Shown one piece after another: positions 51,484 to 64,000 of a DNA stretch of 64,000 nt. Where the stretch lies: contig OZ316898.1 of NCBI GenBank assembly GCA_973895155.1, positions 9,762,286 to 9,826,285 of the forward strand. Direction: 5' to 3'. The stretch's first letter is position 1. Each line of letters starts with the position of its first letter. Under the pieces are notes generated by a model. It saw only the letters and a program-made list of their open reading frames with translations. It made no database searches and had not been told where the DNA came from. The DNA comes from Marsupella aquatica. Taxonomy: Eukaryota > Plantae > Marchantiophyta. A program made the translations under genes and the position numbers.

Positions 51484-53347
51484 TTACAATCATGGTCCTC
51501 AAGTGGCCATGGATTACCAAACGTAACCCCCAAGTAAATAGACCCAAAATTGTGTCTATTTTGGTTACCTTAAATTGGACACCTAAAATTTGGCTAGCTA
51601 GGGGGCCTAAGTCTCATAACCATCCAGAGAAATACAAAGAGGGGCTGAAGTCTTATAACCATCCAGAAAAATACAAAGAGAAAACTACAGGAGGGGATTA
51701 TGGTAAGCACTTTAAATGCCAGCCAAAGACAAAAGGCTCCAAACAGGGAGACAGGACCCCAAAGGCAAAGAAGATCCAATAAAGATGTTCTAGGGGTACT
51801 TTTAGCACAGGGTAGTTTGTTGAAGAACTGGACAATGCAAACCAACTGGCTGTGGTCAGTTGGCCACACCCAGGGGATTACCCTAGAATTGAGAGGTCTC
51901 AGGTTCAATCCCCCCTCCACACGCAAAGGATTGAAGGGTATGGTGGGGGTGTAGTGGTGAGAGTCCTGGTTTCTCCTAAGCCCTGGCTCAGCTTTAGGGC
52001 CCTGGTTCAACCTTCTCTCCATCCTGTGTCTGGTCCTGTAGGATCCTGGGTGTAGTTCCCTTGTGGCTACCCTACATAAAATTAAATTGTATGCTCCAAA
52101 CATGCAATTTGTCCACTATTGGATGGGCCTGCTTTGGGCTTTCAAGGCACAAACAACTGGATAATGCATGTGACACTAGATCACTGGATTTTTATGCTTA
52201 TGAAACTAGAAGATTGGAAGCTACTCTAGTCTCTACAGTGGTACAGTACAGTGATCGTACCGGTGGCAAGATCTGCTTTTGTGCATGGATGCCTTCACGG
52301 AAGCTGCTGGCGATGGCGTGCCCTGATCCTGGTGGTGGATATTGTGCATTGTCGCCACAGTGACCAACATCCTCTTTCACCAAAACCTTTAAACAAAATT
52401 CGAATCTGTAAATCATTCTTTCTTAGTCTCGTGGCTCTTCTTTCTCTTTTTCTTTCCTGTCTATCGACATTTGAAAGCATTTGGAAACATGGGCTTGTTG
52501 ATCACAATTGGGCAGGATCACCGAGCCTGACGAGGACGACTTCTATTATCTGAAGAAGCACACGCCATTCATTCCGTTCTCTCCGTTCCCCACCCACCTG
52601 ATTCCTGTCCACCCAGAGTCGGAAGGAAATCCACAAGTATGTGCAGAATGAGCTGCGTACTTCTACGTTTTTCTCCGTGCCTGATGGAACTGGGTTCTGC
52701 GGAGAGCTGGCTGATCAGGCGCACAATCCATTCTCTCTAGATTGGCCGAATTGGTACCTATGTGGGCTGAGAACGGTGTTGAACAATGTAGCTGAGAATC
52801 GACGGCCAAGTTAGGATTTAGATGATTTTTGGGTGCCCTGGCTGTCCTCCGTGTGAACTATGCTGTGAAATGTTATGGTCTTAGAACCACGAGTGAGACT
52901 GTTTCAGGAGCCCACATTCCTATTAGGCTGTTACACTACGCCTACCCCTTCTCTGATTGCGCAATTCTACCATTGAACTCCATTGATTTCATCTGTTCAT
53001 GCTGTCGCTCTTTCCTCAGATATTAAGTAGGACTTGCAGGACTTCTTGTAAACGATCAATCGATGAGAATCTAATTTGCCTCAACTTTATGCACACGTGT
53101 TTCAATCCTAGGCTCACGGTGGGTCATGTTCATGGCCAGAATTGCTGGTCTGAGGGATTTGCTGCGGCCTCAAGTACTAATCTGTCATTTTTTTCTCAGA
53201 AAGATTTGAATCTGAACTTCGTGAATTCTAAGTGACCTTCGTTCGACCCCTTTTCGCTTTCTCTCTGCGTAGCCCTTCACACTGACTCTCCCACTCCTTG
53301 TACTTGACCGTCCATCAGGCCTTTTGTAGTGCCTGCAGGGTGCCAAC

Positions 53348-56300
53348 ATGGGAACCCTCGGCGCAGCAGCCGGCACGAAATGTCTTGTGAGCGCTGCTAC
53401 TGCTGCTGCAGGGTCGTCCGTTATTGGATCGGATGAGCACTTCTTTCTGAAATCTACAAGATCAAGTTTGCAAGCCTCAGAATTCGTGGGCCCTGTTTCT
53501 TTGAAGGGAATGAGTTCATTCTTAGGATCTTGGACGGAGCTCGGAAATCTCGCTAGAGAAAGGCGGTGCTGTGGCCTTCATTCTACCGCAGCTCAGTCAC
53601 AAAGATTAGAATATGGTACTCGCTCGAGAATCGTCGTCGGCCAGGTGCTGAAGGATTCAAAAAAGGATGATTTTCAAGAGCGCAATTTGCGTGGAGAGTC
53701 GTTAACCAGTAGAACAAGTTCCGGGAATGGCGGAATGGAGAATAGCTGTGGTAGTCGAGAAAGCAGCAGCGAAGAAGAAAAAGAAAAAGAAATAGATAGT
53801 CATCATGACGAGAGACTCAAATTTCGGATAGGGAGGAGAATGTTGTTAGGTGCAGTTTCTATTGGTCTATCCGCCATTTACTCTTCGTCTTCATCAGAAG
53901 GTGCTCGAGCTATGACCGACAGAGGGTTTAAACTCACCAAAGGTTCATGGTTTTTAGGAGATTCGGAGGCAGACTTGGGATCTGATGGGGAGAAGAGGGG
54001 GTTAGGTCCTGGAGAACAGGAGTCTCGAGTGTACGATGCTACAGTCTTGGGCGAACCTGTTGTAATCGGAAGTGATAATAAGGATCGAGTCTGGACTAGG
54101 CTCCTCGAGAATCGTGTCGTCTATTTAGGCGAGGCTGAGAATGTTGCAGGCACTGACGATAAGGTGTGTGAATGTCGGACATCAATCCCCGCTGCTTGAA
54201 TTTCTCTAAATTCTCTTAGGGAGGGACATACTAATGTTACTAAGGTTTTAGTATACACTTATTTCCAGCCGATCAGAAAACTGGAGGGATGTAGTGCAGG
54301 GCCCAGTGCCTTCCTGCGGCTTTCTTTCCTGCAATTTTCCGTCGTTTCCTTGCGAGTTTCATGAGTGAGCCTTCCAATACATCCAGGAACCTTGCAAAAA
54401 GGTTCTGCTTGATGAGTATAACAAGCGAACTGAACTACTGTAAATGTCAGTGTTTTTTCATTATGTGTGTAAAAAACAAAACGGACTATGCGCAAATTGA
54501 ATTGAATCAACTTTGAAGCTTCACGGTACCCTAAACAAACATAGGGATAGAATGCAAATCAGTGGATGACCAGGATCGAAGGCATGGAAACGACTCATGT
54601 TCTGAATTCCCATATTTGCATCTTAGATTGGTGCTTCCTCTCACATTATGTAGACTTTCCTTGGCAAACCGTGGAAAGAGTGGGAACCGACATACAGTCA
54701 TAAGCATTCTTGTGAAGAGGCTATGAAGATTTTCTCCATTTGAGTACAATCATCTAGCATGTAGATTTGGGACTATTGAAGAGCCATGCTGAATCTGAAG
54801 GAAGGTAGAATGAACATACTCATAAACCGAACACCCAGGGTGACAACAAAATTTGTATGTGTTTCTGAAATGGTACTCAGTGTTTGGAAGGGACTGGCAG
54901 TTGCTGGAGCTGGAGATTGTACAAAAGTTGAGAGATAAATGTTTTGAGCAGAAGCGGAGCATATCCATTGCCTTTGAAGCATTCCCTCGTCCATTGCAAG
55001 CACAGCTAAACGCCTATATGAGTCACAAGTAAGACATCTGCTCCGTGGCTTTCTCTGTGATAGTTTGTTGTGCAAGGAATCTGTTGTTGGCAAGTCATCT
55101 TGCTGCACACTGCAATGTGCACATGACCCGTGTGCTATTTATCGTCTTAATAACCGCAGCATATCTACAGCTGCTTGGGAAAGTCCTGAAATGTTCTGGA
55201 CAATTTAATTCGGCGTAACCTGCAGACATATTGTATTGCCGAATGTCGATGGCTCTGGATACAGTTGGGAGCATATTCTCAGAGATTGAGGCCAGATTTG
55301 TCTGTTGGCATGTCTATCAGGTTGACAGATGACGGATTAAGAGAGGTGGCTGTACAGCTGTCAGAAGAGACGTGGCTAGAATACCTGCCAATATTGCAGT
55401 ACTGCAAGAATAGTGGCGTCCGCTTAGTTGCATGTGGTGCACCTAAGGAGGTGCGTTGATGGCTATACTTTCCTTCCCAATGACCCTTTTCAACAGAATT
55501 TCCTTGTGTACCAGTTTCCAATGTGGCCTTACCCTAAGGACAGGTGAAAACATGCAAGAATCATGGGTTTTCTGTTTTTCAGTACAATGGTGACCTGTGA
55601 GTTGTGAGTTTGGCTGATCAATTCAATTGGAAGGTCCAGTCAACTGTGTGGGAAGCAAGCAGTTCCTTCGCAGGCCTTCCAAATCTATTCATTTAAAAGA
55701 GTTTGAGAATAGTCGTGAAGAGGTGATGTACCTTATTTCCCCAATTCACGAAATCCTTTGCCTTGCACAGGTTCTGCGCATTGTCCAGGCTGAAGGGGTG
55801 CAGGCTTTGAACAAAGAGGATAGGCAAAAGTACATTCCGCCTGCTGGTGGTGGCTATAAGTTCAAGTCCTCCCCACGAGACAATTCAGGGTTTCTAGACA
55901 GTTTACCGAATACATCTGGCCTTGTTGGTCCAGGACCGTATAGATTTGCACAGGCTCGAATTGTTGAAGATTACACAATGGCACAGGTTGTTGCTCAAAT
56001 CATATCAGAAGGAGGTGCAGTGGGATTACTAGTAGTTATCACAGGGGCTTCTCACGTGCAATACGGAGCAAGAGGTACAGGCATGCCAGCCTGGATTGCT
56101 AAGAACAAGGAGATGCAGAAGAGAACCCAAGCGGTTGTTTTACTCAATCCTGACAGGCAGCATCTTCGCAGTGAGGGAGATGTGCCAGAGGCTGACTTCT
56201 TATGGTATTCTGCGGCAAAGGTCTGCACAAGAAATTGTTTTGACCGAACAGAGGTTGCACGAGTCATGGGTGCTGCAGGAAGAAGGCGTGATGCTTTGCC

Positions 56301-58268
56301 TAAGGTTTGCTTCATATGCCGATAATCATTTTCACAGGAAGAATGATCTAGAGTAGTGTCATTGATTACATGTTTTCGTGCCCATAAGTAGTTCCCTCTT
56401 AACAATTGATTTGCTGACGGTCACATGCTAGGATTCTTGCCGTTCAATTCGGGGTGTGAGTTGGATACGAGACAGGTGTATAATCTTGGAATACTAAACC
56501 AGTCTAGGGTAACAGAGTTTTGCCCTTCTGCGTTAAGTTTGGAAAGATTCAAAAAAGTACTTTTGGAAAGTTTTCTGCCACCTCGAACATGCTCACACCA
56601 TAACGTGGCTGGAAGTTGCAACTTTTCGTGACGTGAGTTCTGTCTGTACTTGGGCAGGACCTTCAATTAGGACTGAAGCAAGGACTAGTTGCCCCTGAGG
56701 TTCTGGAAAGCTTTTTCGAGCTGGAGCAGAACCCAATAATGGCAGAGTTAACAGGTCGCTTCCAGGTCAGTGTTTCAAAGAAATCCTGTCAAAGCATGAG
56801 TTTGCACTCAGTTGTGGAGAGCATGACACGCTGAAATTTTTGTTTTTGAACTCAGTCAGATGAAGCAAGTTTTGTTTGACCACAATCTTTCGTGGTCTCA
56901 TTGACCTATTTGTTTAACTTCACAATGCAGGGTCTGCGTGAAAGATGGTTTGCGGATCCGCGCTTCTTAGAACGGCTTGCCATAGAGGAGACTATATCAA
57001 TAACAACAACTCTAATTGCCCAGTATGAACGGAGGGGAACTCGTTTCTGGGAAGAACTTGACTATGTTGCCACAGATACTATCCGAGGAGCTGTAGTCGA
57101 CTTCTTCACAGTGTGGCTACCTGCCCCAAGATTATCTTTTAGAGAGATTGACCCAAATGAGACATTTAATACCCTGGATAGCTTAAATGGTTTACTTGGA
57201 TCATTTCCGGACAATGCATTCCAACGACCTCAAGCCGGAGAGAACTGGGGCTTAGGTGAAAGAGTTGGAGGAATTCTTGTAGGTGGACTCAAGCTCTTTG
57301 GTGTTGGGGTCATTTCGTCCATAGGTACCCTGGCTGGTACCAACCTGGTTCTAAGTGCTCGTCAGGTGTTATCTCCTAAAGCCAGTGGAACTTCTCAAAA
57401 CAAGAGATCACCAATCCTGAAAACAGCCCTTGTCTATGGCTCATTTCTTGGGACATCTGCCAATCTAAGATACCAGGTCCACTTCTGACTTGGCCGGTGT
57501 TTGCATCTTGACTCGTCATCTTTCGTTTCTCCAGGATTGAAATGCCCTGCAAATATAGAGCTCTGAAGCTATCTTCTCCTGTGATGCAGGTTATCGCTGG
57601 TGTTGTAGAAAACTGGATAGCTGATTATTGGCTTGCCTCTCAACCTTTAGCTGGCAACTCCCTTTCGTTTGTAGCTCGTACAGCAAATTCATATTTTGGC
57701 ACTGCGGTAAATTCTTTCTCCAAACTCATTCTTCTATGCAGTACGTTTGGGCTCGTCGAGGGCTTTGTTTTGATTCTGACACTGCCATAGGGCTTTCTGT
57801 GCCATAGGGATAGCCGTTGGCACTTTCGGTTTTGTCAGTTTTGGACCTTCCTTTTGTTTCTTGGGAGGTCAATCGTTGTCTGTCTTGGAGACATAGCCGA
57901 GACGGCTTTATATCTGAAATGGGCTTAAAATAAAATCTTCATGGGCTACTTGTAATGCCTTGTGATCTAGTCAGATACATCTGCCTGTTCAGAAACGTCA
58001 AAATGTATGCCAAGTTTGACTGATATCACGTTCCTTGCAGCAATGGGTAGATCTGGCAAGATTTGCTGGCCTTCAAGCGCATAATGACGAGAGCGATTCA
58101 TCTTCTTCCAAACCAGCTTCGGAAGGACAGCGGGATGTCGGGAGCAATTCTGACGATGTGTCAACCTCAACATCATCGCCCATAACTCAGGACCCTGCCA
58201 GTACTTTTGGAGAAAAAGCGGGGAAAATAGATCAACTGAAAGAAAAAATAGAGGTACCGAAGACTTAG
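53348..58268 (+). CDS. RETICULATA-RELATED 5/6-like chloroplast protein (DUF399/ChaN-like plus DUF3411)
   Basis: Eight GT-AG exons (53348-54163, 54901-55028, 55321-55450, 55771-56304, 56658-56765, 56931-57475, 57590-57706, 58041-58268); [88 protein letters not shown]. Confidence 0.9.
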
Positions 58269-59385
58269 TACATCTCGTTACCAGATTTTTCTAGGTTTTC
58301 AAATTGCTGCAATTCTCCCAGTTACAATGTTACCGTGTAAGGGTATGACACTGCTGTTGGGTGAGATTGAAATTCATCATGCTTTAGTGTTCGATCGTGT
58401 TCTGCTGCGAGCTCCTCGTGAAGAGGGTTGATCTCCTTTAGTCTTAATGGAGTATTTATGGTCGGCCTTATTTCACTGGGATGCTTAGCTTTTCAACTTG
58501 TTATAGCATAGTTGTGTCCTATGGCAAGTCACTCATTTGATGAAATGGGGCTCCAGATTCTGATAGGTTTGTTAATGGATCAACTGAGTAAAGCACTTTT
58601 TCAGTAGGTCGGGTTTCCAAATTGGTGGTAAAGAAGGATATCTACTGTAGACCGAAAATCATTTTCGAGATATGAGAGACAGCCTTCGTACAATTCGAAA
58701 TGAGTTCCTAGTTTAGCGTGGCTCTAGTCTTCTCTGTTATAAATGTTGAAGGGGGTCCATATTGATCTGAAGTACTTGGATGATAGAGAAAGAATCAAGT
58801 ATTCTCTGTCGTCGATATCTGGTGTAAACACATTGATTTCACTGCTGTCATTATTCACCGGGAGCACTGTGTTCAGTCAATTTCCGAATTGCCATCGTGG
58901 CCCGATGCACTAGATTGGATGTCGTTGTTGAAGCAGCAATTGAAGAGAAAAGAATTTTGACGGTTCGTTTTAGTACTTTCATAAGCTTACATGATGACGC
59001 TTGGATTATATTGTCTATTGCAAACTAGAGTAATATCACTTGACGCACCTGGGGTGCGAGAGGATTTTTTACTAATATACTTGGAAGTGCAAAATTGAGG
59101 AAGATTCGAATCCCCTAAAATGTGTAACAATTGTCCCAGAAACGGAAACTTAAGTAACCAAACCAGGTCCGTGACCTTAGTCTCCCTACGACTTTGGTCA
59201 CAAGAAGACTAAACGAGCCTCAGTTATTTGTGAGCAGATAGTTAAGGACAATACAAAAAGGTTCTGCAGAACCCTGCATCGACAGCATGCATACTGTTGG
59301 TTTGTAGCAAATGGAGAAATCCAGTGTCATCAGCTTAAATGGACCTTTCGTCTCCGTCAGTGCAATTCACGACCCAAACGAAATG

Positions 59386-59660
59386 AACTTGGTCGTGAAG
59401 AGCCGAACTTTGCCATGGTCGTATGCTTAATAGAGAAGAAGACGAAGTTATTCTTTCTCAAGAACACGAACTGTCTATTTTTGACTAGTCATAATCATGC
59501 TCAAAGGGATACCTTCAAGCTCCAACTTGGTCGTGAAGAGCCGAACTTTGCCATGGTCTTATGCTTAATAGAGAAGACGAAGTTATTCTTTCTCAAGAAC
59601 ACGAACTGTCTATTTTTGACTAGTCATAATCATGCTCAAAGGGATACCTTCAAGCTCCAA
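59386..59660 (+). repeat. ~138-bp direct tandem duplication
   Basis: AACTTGGTCGTGAAGAGCC...CCTTCAAGCTCCAA at 59386 and 59524. Confidence 0.92.
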
Positions 59661-59804
59661 AGGGATCCCAAAATGTCTGAATAACCTTTGCTACTCTAAG
59701 TCATACGTTTAAAGGAATAATTTTAAAGGTCAAACGCGAGTGTTCTTTCATTCACTAGACTTCCTTTGTGCAGTGCTACTAACAAGTAACAGAATTCAAT
59801 GTCA

Positions 59805-60215
59805 TTCATGGGTATTGCCATTGGGAATAACCAATGCTTTTGGATTGTTTATAGCCTGGAAGACCCAAATTCAAGTCTCTTATTTCGCATCACCTGATAT
59901 TGCCACGGGGAATGAACATCTGTTTAGGATTGTTTTCAGACTCGGAGCACCAAGTTTGGATCAGTGGGCATTGCCATGGAGAATAAAGAATGCTTTTGGA
60001 TTGTTTATACACTTTGCGATGGGGAATGAACAATGTTTTGCGATTGTGTATATAGACTTGAAGTATCAGACTAAATCAAGTCTGTTACCTCGCATCAATG
60101 GGTATCATGAAGAATGTTGTTGGATTGTTTACAGACTTCAAGCCTCTTACCTCGCATTCATGGGCATCGCCATGGAGAATGCAAAATGCAAATGTTCTGT
60201 CTTGGATTGTTTATA
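59805..60215 (+). repeat. Degenerate tandem repeat (~6 units of roughly 45-85 bp)
   Basis: Recurrent TTGCCATGGRGAAT..TGCTTTTGGATTGTTTATAG motif. Confidence 0.6.
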
Positions 60216-61116
60216 GCTGATGTCTGTTCAGATGATTCTTCAGCTGCTTTTTGTATGCGTCTCGAACACCGGGGCATATACGTAGCTCCCCGATTTTTCC
60301 GGACCGCTGTTTAGCTGCAGGGCATGAACGACAACAAGAAATTCTCGCCAGAAAGTTAAGGATTGCCGGTTTCATCGAAGAGCCGGCGTTGTCAACACGT
60401 ATGAGGGTTGTCAATAAGTCGATCGGTTTTGCTCGTTTTCGCAATGCGCGTTTGCTTTGTTTTGTTGAAGAGGACGGATTTGACGATGGTGTATTGATTC
60501 GTCGAGGACTCGCGGTACAGAGCTTCCTGGGATTAATAGGGTGGTGCTTGATCGGGCTTTGAAGCTGATTGAGAATTCTGGCAAGGCAGTTACAGTCAGG
60601 GGAAGTACCACAGATGATGCGCGTGTGAAGTTTTCTATCTAGCTTCTGTGGGATTGATTGATTCCCTGATTACCTTGCGAGTTAGGGTTTGATTTGTTGG
60701 AGAGTGGTCGGTCAATTTTCTTGCACTAGACAATTGGCAATCCATTCAGGTGGACAATTCGTTCAGGTGAGCAGTTTGAGTGCAGTATTGTACGTGAGAA
60801 GCGATCCACTGTTGCAGCTGATGGTCATGCGGCAGACTATTGCACTGTGGAACGGTATGGCCTACTAACTTTCAAGGTGATGACTCTCAGACGCGTTTGG
60901 ATTGCTACTCGAGGAATAGAAAGGAGAAGAGAAGAGTCTTTCATTATATCTTACGCTCTCAAGAGTGTCGTCAATTGGACGGTTGATTGTACTATTTTTC
61001 ACTAAGCAATTTCAGGTGTCTGTATCCACTAAGCAACTTCAGGTGTCTGTATCCATTTCAATCCAAGTCCAGAATAAGCCGTCTGTAGAGGTCGCCAACG
61101 CCACCGGCGGTTGAAA

Positions 61117-62202
61117 ATGGGTAAAAACAAATCCAGTAAGCTGATAGATGAGAACATGCCCGTGAGAACTTTGAGATCCCCAACAGTGAAAGCGGTGGCC
61201 GAGCTGATCAAAGATGGCAAAGCACCTCGCATAGTCGTTCTCATGGGAGCTGGCGTGTCCACCTCCGCTGGAATCCCGGATTTCAGATCACCGAAAACTG
61301 GTCTGTACGCAAACTTGGCACGGCTCAACTTACCACATGCGGAGGCTGTGTTTGACATATCCTACTTTCGACAGAACCCTAATCCCTTCTATGCTCTAGC
61401 TCGGGAGGTATACCCTGGAAAACACAAACCAACTGTGGCTCACGCTTTTATCGCTCTGCTCGCCAAAAAGGGCCTTCTTCACATGCTCTTCACGCAGAAC
61501 ATCGATTGCCTTGAGACAGCGGCCGGGGTGCCGGCGGAGAAGATCATCCAAGCTCACGGAAGTTTTGCTACGCAGCGGTGTATTGACTGCAATAGTGCCT
61601 TCCCAGACGATCTCATGTTGTCAAATATCCAAAGTGGAGATGTGCCCCATTGCATCTTACCGGAATGTAATGGTTTGGTCAAGCCAGACATAGTTTTCTT
61701 CGGAGAAGCGTTGCCTAAGAGCTTCTTTCAGAACAGGCCTAAGATTGCACAGGCCAGTTTGGTGATCGTCATGGGCACTAGTCTTACCGTCCACCCATTC
61801 GCAACTTTACCTGAGTTTGCTCTAGATGGTGTCCCTCGGGTTTTGATCAATTTAGAGAGGGTAGGTGATTTGGGGAGCAGGGTGGATGATGTCTGCATCC
61901 TCTCGGAGTGTGATGCGGGGGTGAGGAGTTTGGCAGACGCTCTCGCATGGAGGGAAGAATTGGAAGCCCTATGGAAAGAGGTATCCGGTCAAGAGGCTGG
62001 TGGAGATGTTGCGGAACAGCTGCCCGACACCAGAACCAAGGACGAAATACTCGAAGATGAGATCGAGACCCTGACTCGAGAAGTGGATCACACCCTCAAG
62101 CTCTCGAAAGCCCATCAGCTGCATTTGGAGGATGATGTTCTTGCGAACGCTACCGAAGGCCCCTCAGGGCTATTTTCGGGGAAAACAGGAGGATCACTCT
62201 GA
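61117..62202 (+). CDS. NAD-dependent deacetylase, class I sirtuin (SIRT2/Hst2-like), intronless, fungal-like
   Basis: GAGVSTSAGIPDFRSP, FTQNID, AHGSF, CIDC..CILPEC zinc site, KPDIVFFGE, GTSL; intact 361-codon ORF. Confidence 0.93.
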   Translation: MGKNKSSKLIDENMPVRTLRSPTVKAVAELIKDGKAPRIVVLMGAGVSTSAGIPDFRSPKTGLYANLARLNLPHAEAVFDISYFRQNPNPFYALAREVYPGKHKPTVAHAFIALLAKKGLLHMLFTQNIDCLETAAGVPAEKIIQAHGSFATQRCIDCNSAFPDDLMLSNIQSGDVPHCILPECNGLVKPDIVFFGEALPKSFFQNRPKIAQASLVIVMGTSLTVHPFATLPEFALDGVPRVLINLERVGDLGSRVDDVCILSECDAGVRSLADALAWREELEALWKEVSGQEAGGDVAEQLPDTRTKDEILEDEIETLTREVDHTLKLSKAHQLHLEDDVLANATEGPSGLFSGKTGGSL

Positions 62203-62354
62203 ACTAAATAGGACCAGGAAAGAGTCAGTCTACTCAGACGAAGCTAGACTGAGAATACCGAAACATTGGAAAAGCTTCAAGTTCGATACCGGTGAAGACT
62301 TCATTACAATTTCATCGGTCCCCTCGAAGCAACTTTTTGATTTACATTCCCTGT

Positions 62355-63170
62355 TGTGATCTACAGGACTAGTAAGTCTTTGTTGTGTTGTGCTCTACAG
62401 GACTAATGAGTCTCTAGTTACAAACATGGAAACAGTAGGAAAAACTCCGAGATGAGCAATATTGGTCGAGATCGACAACTTCAGTACTATAGTGATCTAG
62501 AGGACTAGTGAGTCTTTGTTGTGTTGTGATCTACAGGACTAGTGAGTCTACAGTTACAAACATGGAAACAGCAGGAAACTCTCCGAGATGAGAAGTATTG
62601 GTCGAGATCGACAACTTCAGTACAATAGTGAACTACAGGGCTAGTGAGTTTTTGTTGTGTTGTGATCTACAGGACTTGTGAGTCTCTAGTTACAAACATG
62701 GAAACAGTAGGAAAATCTCCGAGATGAGCAATATTGGTCGAGATCGACAACTTCAGTACAATAGAGATCTAGAGGACTAGTGAGTCTTTGTTGTGTTGTG
62801 ATCGACAGGACTAGTGAGTCTACAGTTACAAACATGGAAACAGCAGGAAAATCTCCGAGATGAGAAATATTGGTCGAGATCGATAACTTCAGTACAATAG
62901 TGAACTACAGGACTAGTGAGTCTTTGTTGTGTTGTGATCTACACGGACTAGTGAGTCTCTAGTTACACACATGGAAACAATCGGTAAATCTCCGAGATGA
63001 GAAATATTGGTCGAGATCGACGACTTCAGTACAATAGTGATCTACAGGACCAGTGAGTCTTTGTTGTGATGTGATCTACAGGACAAGTGAGTCTCTAGTT
63101 ACAAATTTTGGAAACAGCAGGAAAATCTCCGAGATGAGAACATTGGTCCGAGATCGACAATTTTAGTACC
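62355..63170 (+). repeat. 136-bp tandem repeat, ~6 copies
   Basis: GAGATCGA anchor recurs at 136-137-bp spacing (ATCG at 62471, 62607, 62743, 62879, 63016, 63153). Confidence 0.95.
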
Positions 63171-64000
63171 ATATATTCGCATGGCTTGAGTAAAAGAGTG
63201 TATCCTTCTTACGTCATGGTTTATGACGAAGTTGATTCCTGATTGATATCTACCAGAAACTACAATCCGAATCTGATCATCCTGCAATGCCATGTTGGGG
63301 TGCATCATAGTCGATTTGCAAGTTTTTTTCCTTCATGTCATATGCTAGACAGCTCATTTCATGTCCAATTGACAAATAAACGACTGCGTTTTCCATCCAA
63401 TGTCTTGTCCAATCCAAGTTCCCAACTCGAATTCAATTCTTGTCGGGATAAGGTCCCATTGCTTTGGCAAACAATAGCCCTCTCACATTCATACAAAGCT
63501 GGTTACTAGACACCCTTAGGCATTGCTGAAAGAATAAGAACTTAGAAAGGATACTCTATGGTGCACACAGGACAAACAGGTATGGATGAATACGTTCACA
63601 GGACAAACACCTTGAGGAGGGCAGATATGAATCACAAGACAAACAGCTCATCACTGCCTGCTCTTGAAGGGATTGAGTAACCGTAAGGGGGGATGGGGGG
63701 TGAAGATGGCGAACACGAAAAAATTTACTTCTGCACGCCTCCCTTTTGAAGAGTACGAGGCACGGTCAGTCCAATTATCGCTGAGCTTCAACTCTGGCAA
63801 CGGATCAATAGTCGACCCTTCACCTGACTCCAGACAGAATCTCATGATTCAGCAATGTAAGTGCTCTCATGGTTCCGGACCGCCATTATCCATGCCCACT
63901 GTTTAGCCTTTTAGTTGAATAAGGAAACATTGGACTATTCTGCTTTGAAGGAACTCTGGAACGAAATTGGTGTAATACTATACTCACATTCGATATGAGC

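Noticed and set aside
39460-62202. Functional link between the methyltransferase and the sirtuin as a silencing cluster
   Set aside because: They are ~21 kb apart, separated by ordinary host genes, and the MTase lies inside a TSD-bounded TE. Co-location is probably chance.
62355-63170. CRISPR-like appearance (24-bp motif recurring with intervening sequence)
   Set aside because: The intervening sequences are themselves repeated rather than unique spacers; eukaryotic context with no cas genes.

Overview
Eukaryotic nuclear DNA from a land plant. A non-flowering, bryophyte-like lineage is inferred from the gene and TE content but not proven. Host genes: a cyclophilin-like/Cys-rich membrane protein (-), an FSD3-like Fe-SOD with an in-frame TAG (+), a frameshifted and apparently intronless GH3 beta-xylosidase pseudogene (-), ARL2/TTN5 (+), a RETICULATA-related RER5/6-like gene (+) and an intronless class I sirtuin that looks ascomycete-derived (+). 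TEs: an internally deleted Copia element, two related solo LTRs, a decayed MULE-transposase/PIF1-helicase unit, a dispersed ~790-bp repeat and several tandem arrays. The standout is a 10.2-kb Ty3/gypsy-type retroelement (33781-43949). Its single gag-pol frame reads Gag-protease-DNMT3-like C5 cytosine methyltransferase-RT-RNaseH-integrase-PHD finger. It is bounded by short inverted termini and a 4-bp TSD, with no LTR pair that I could find.
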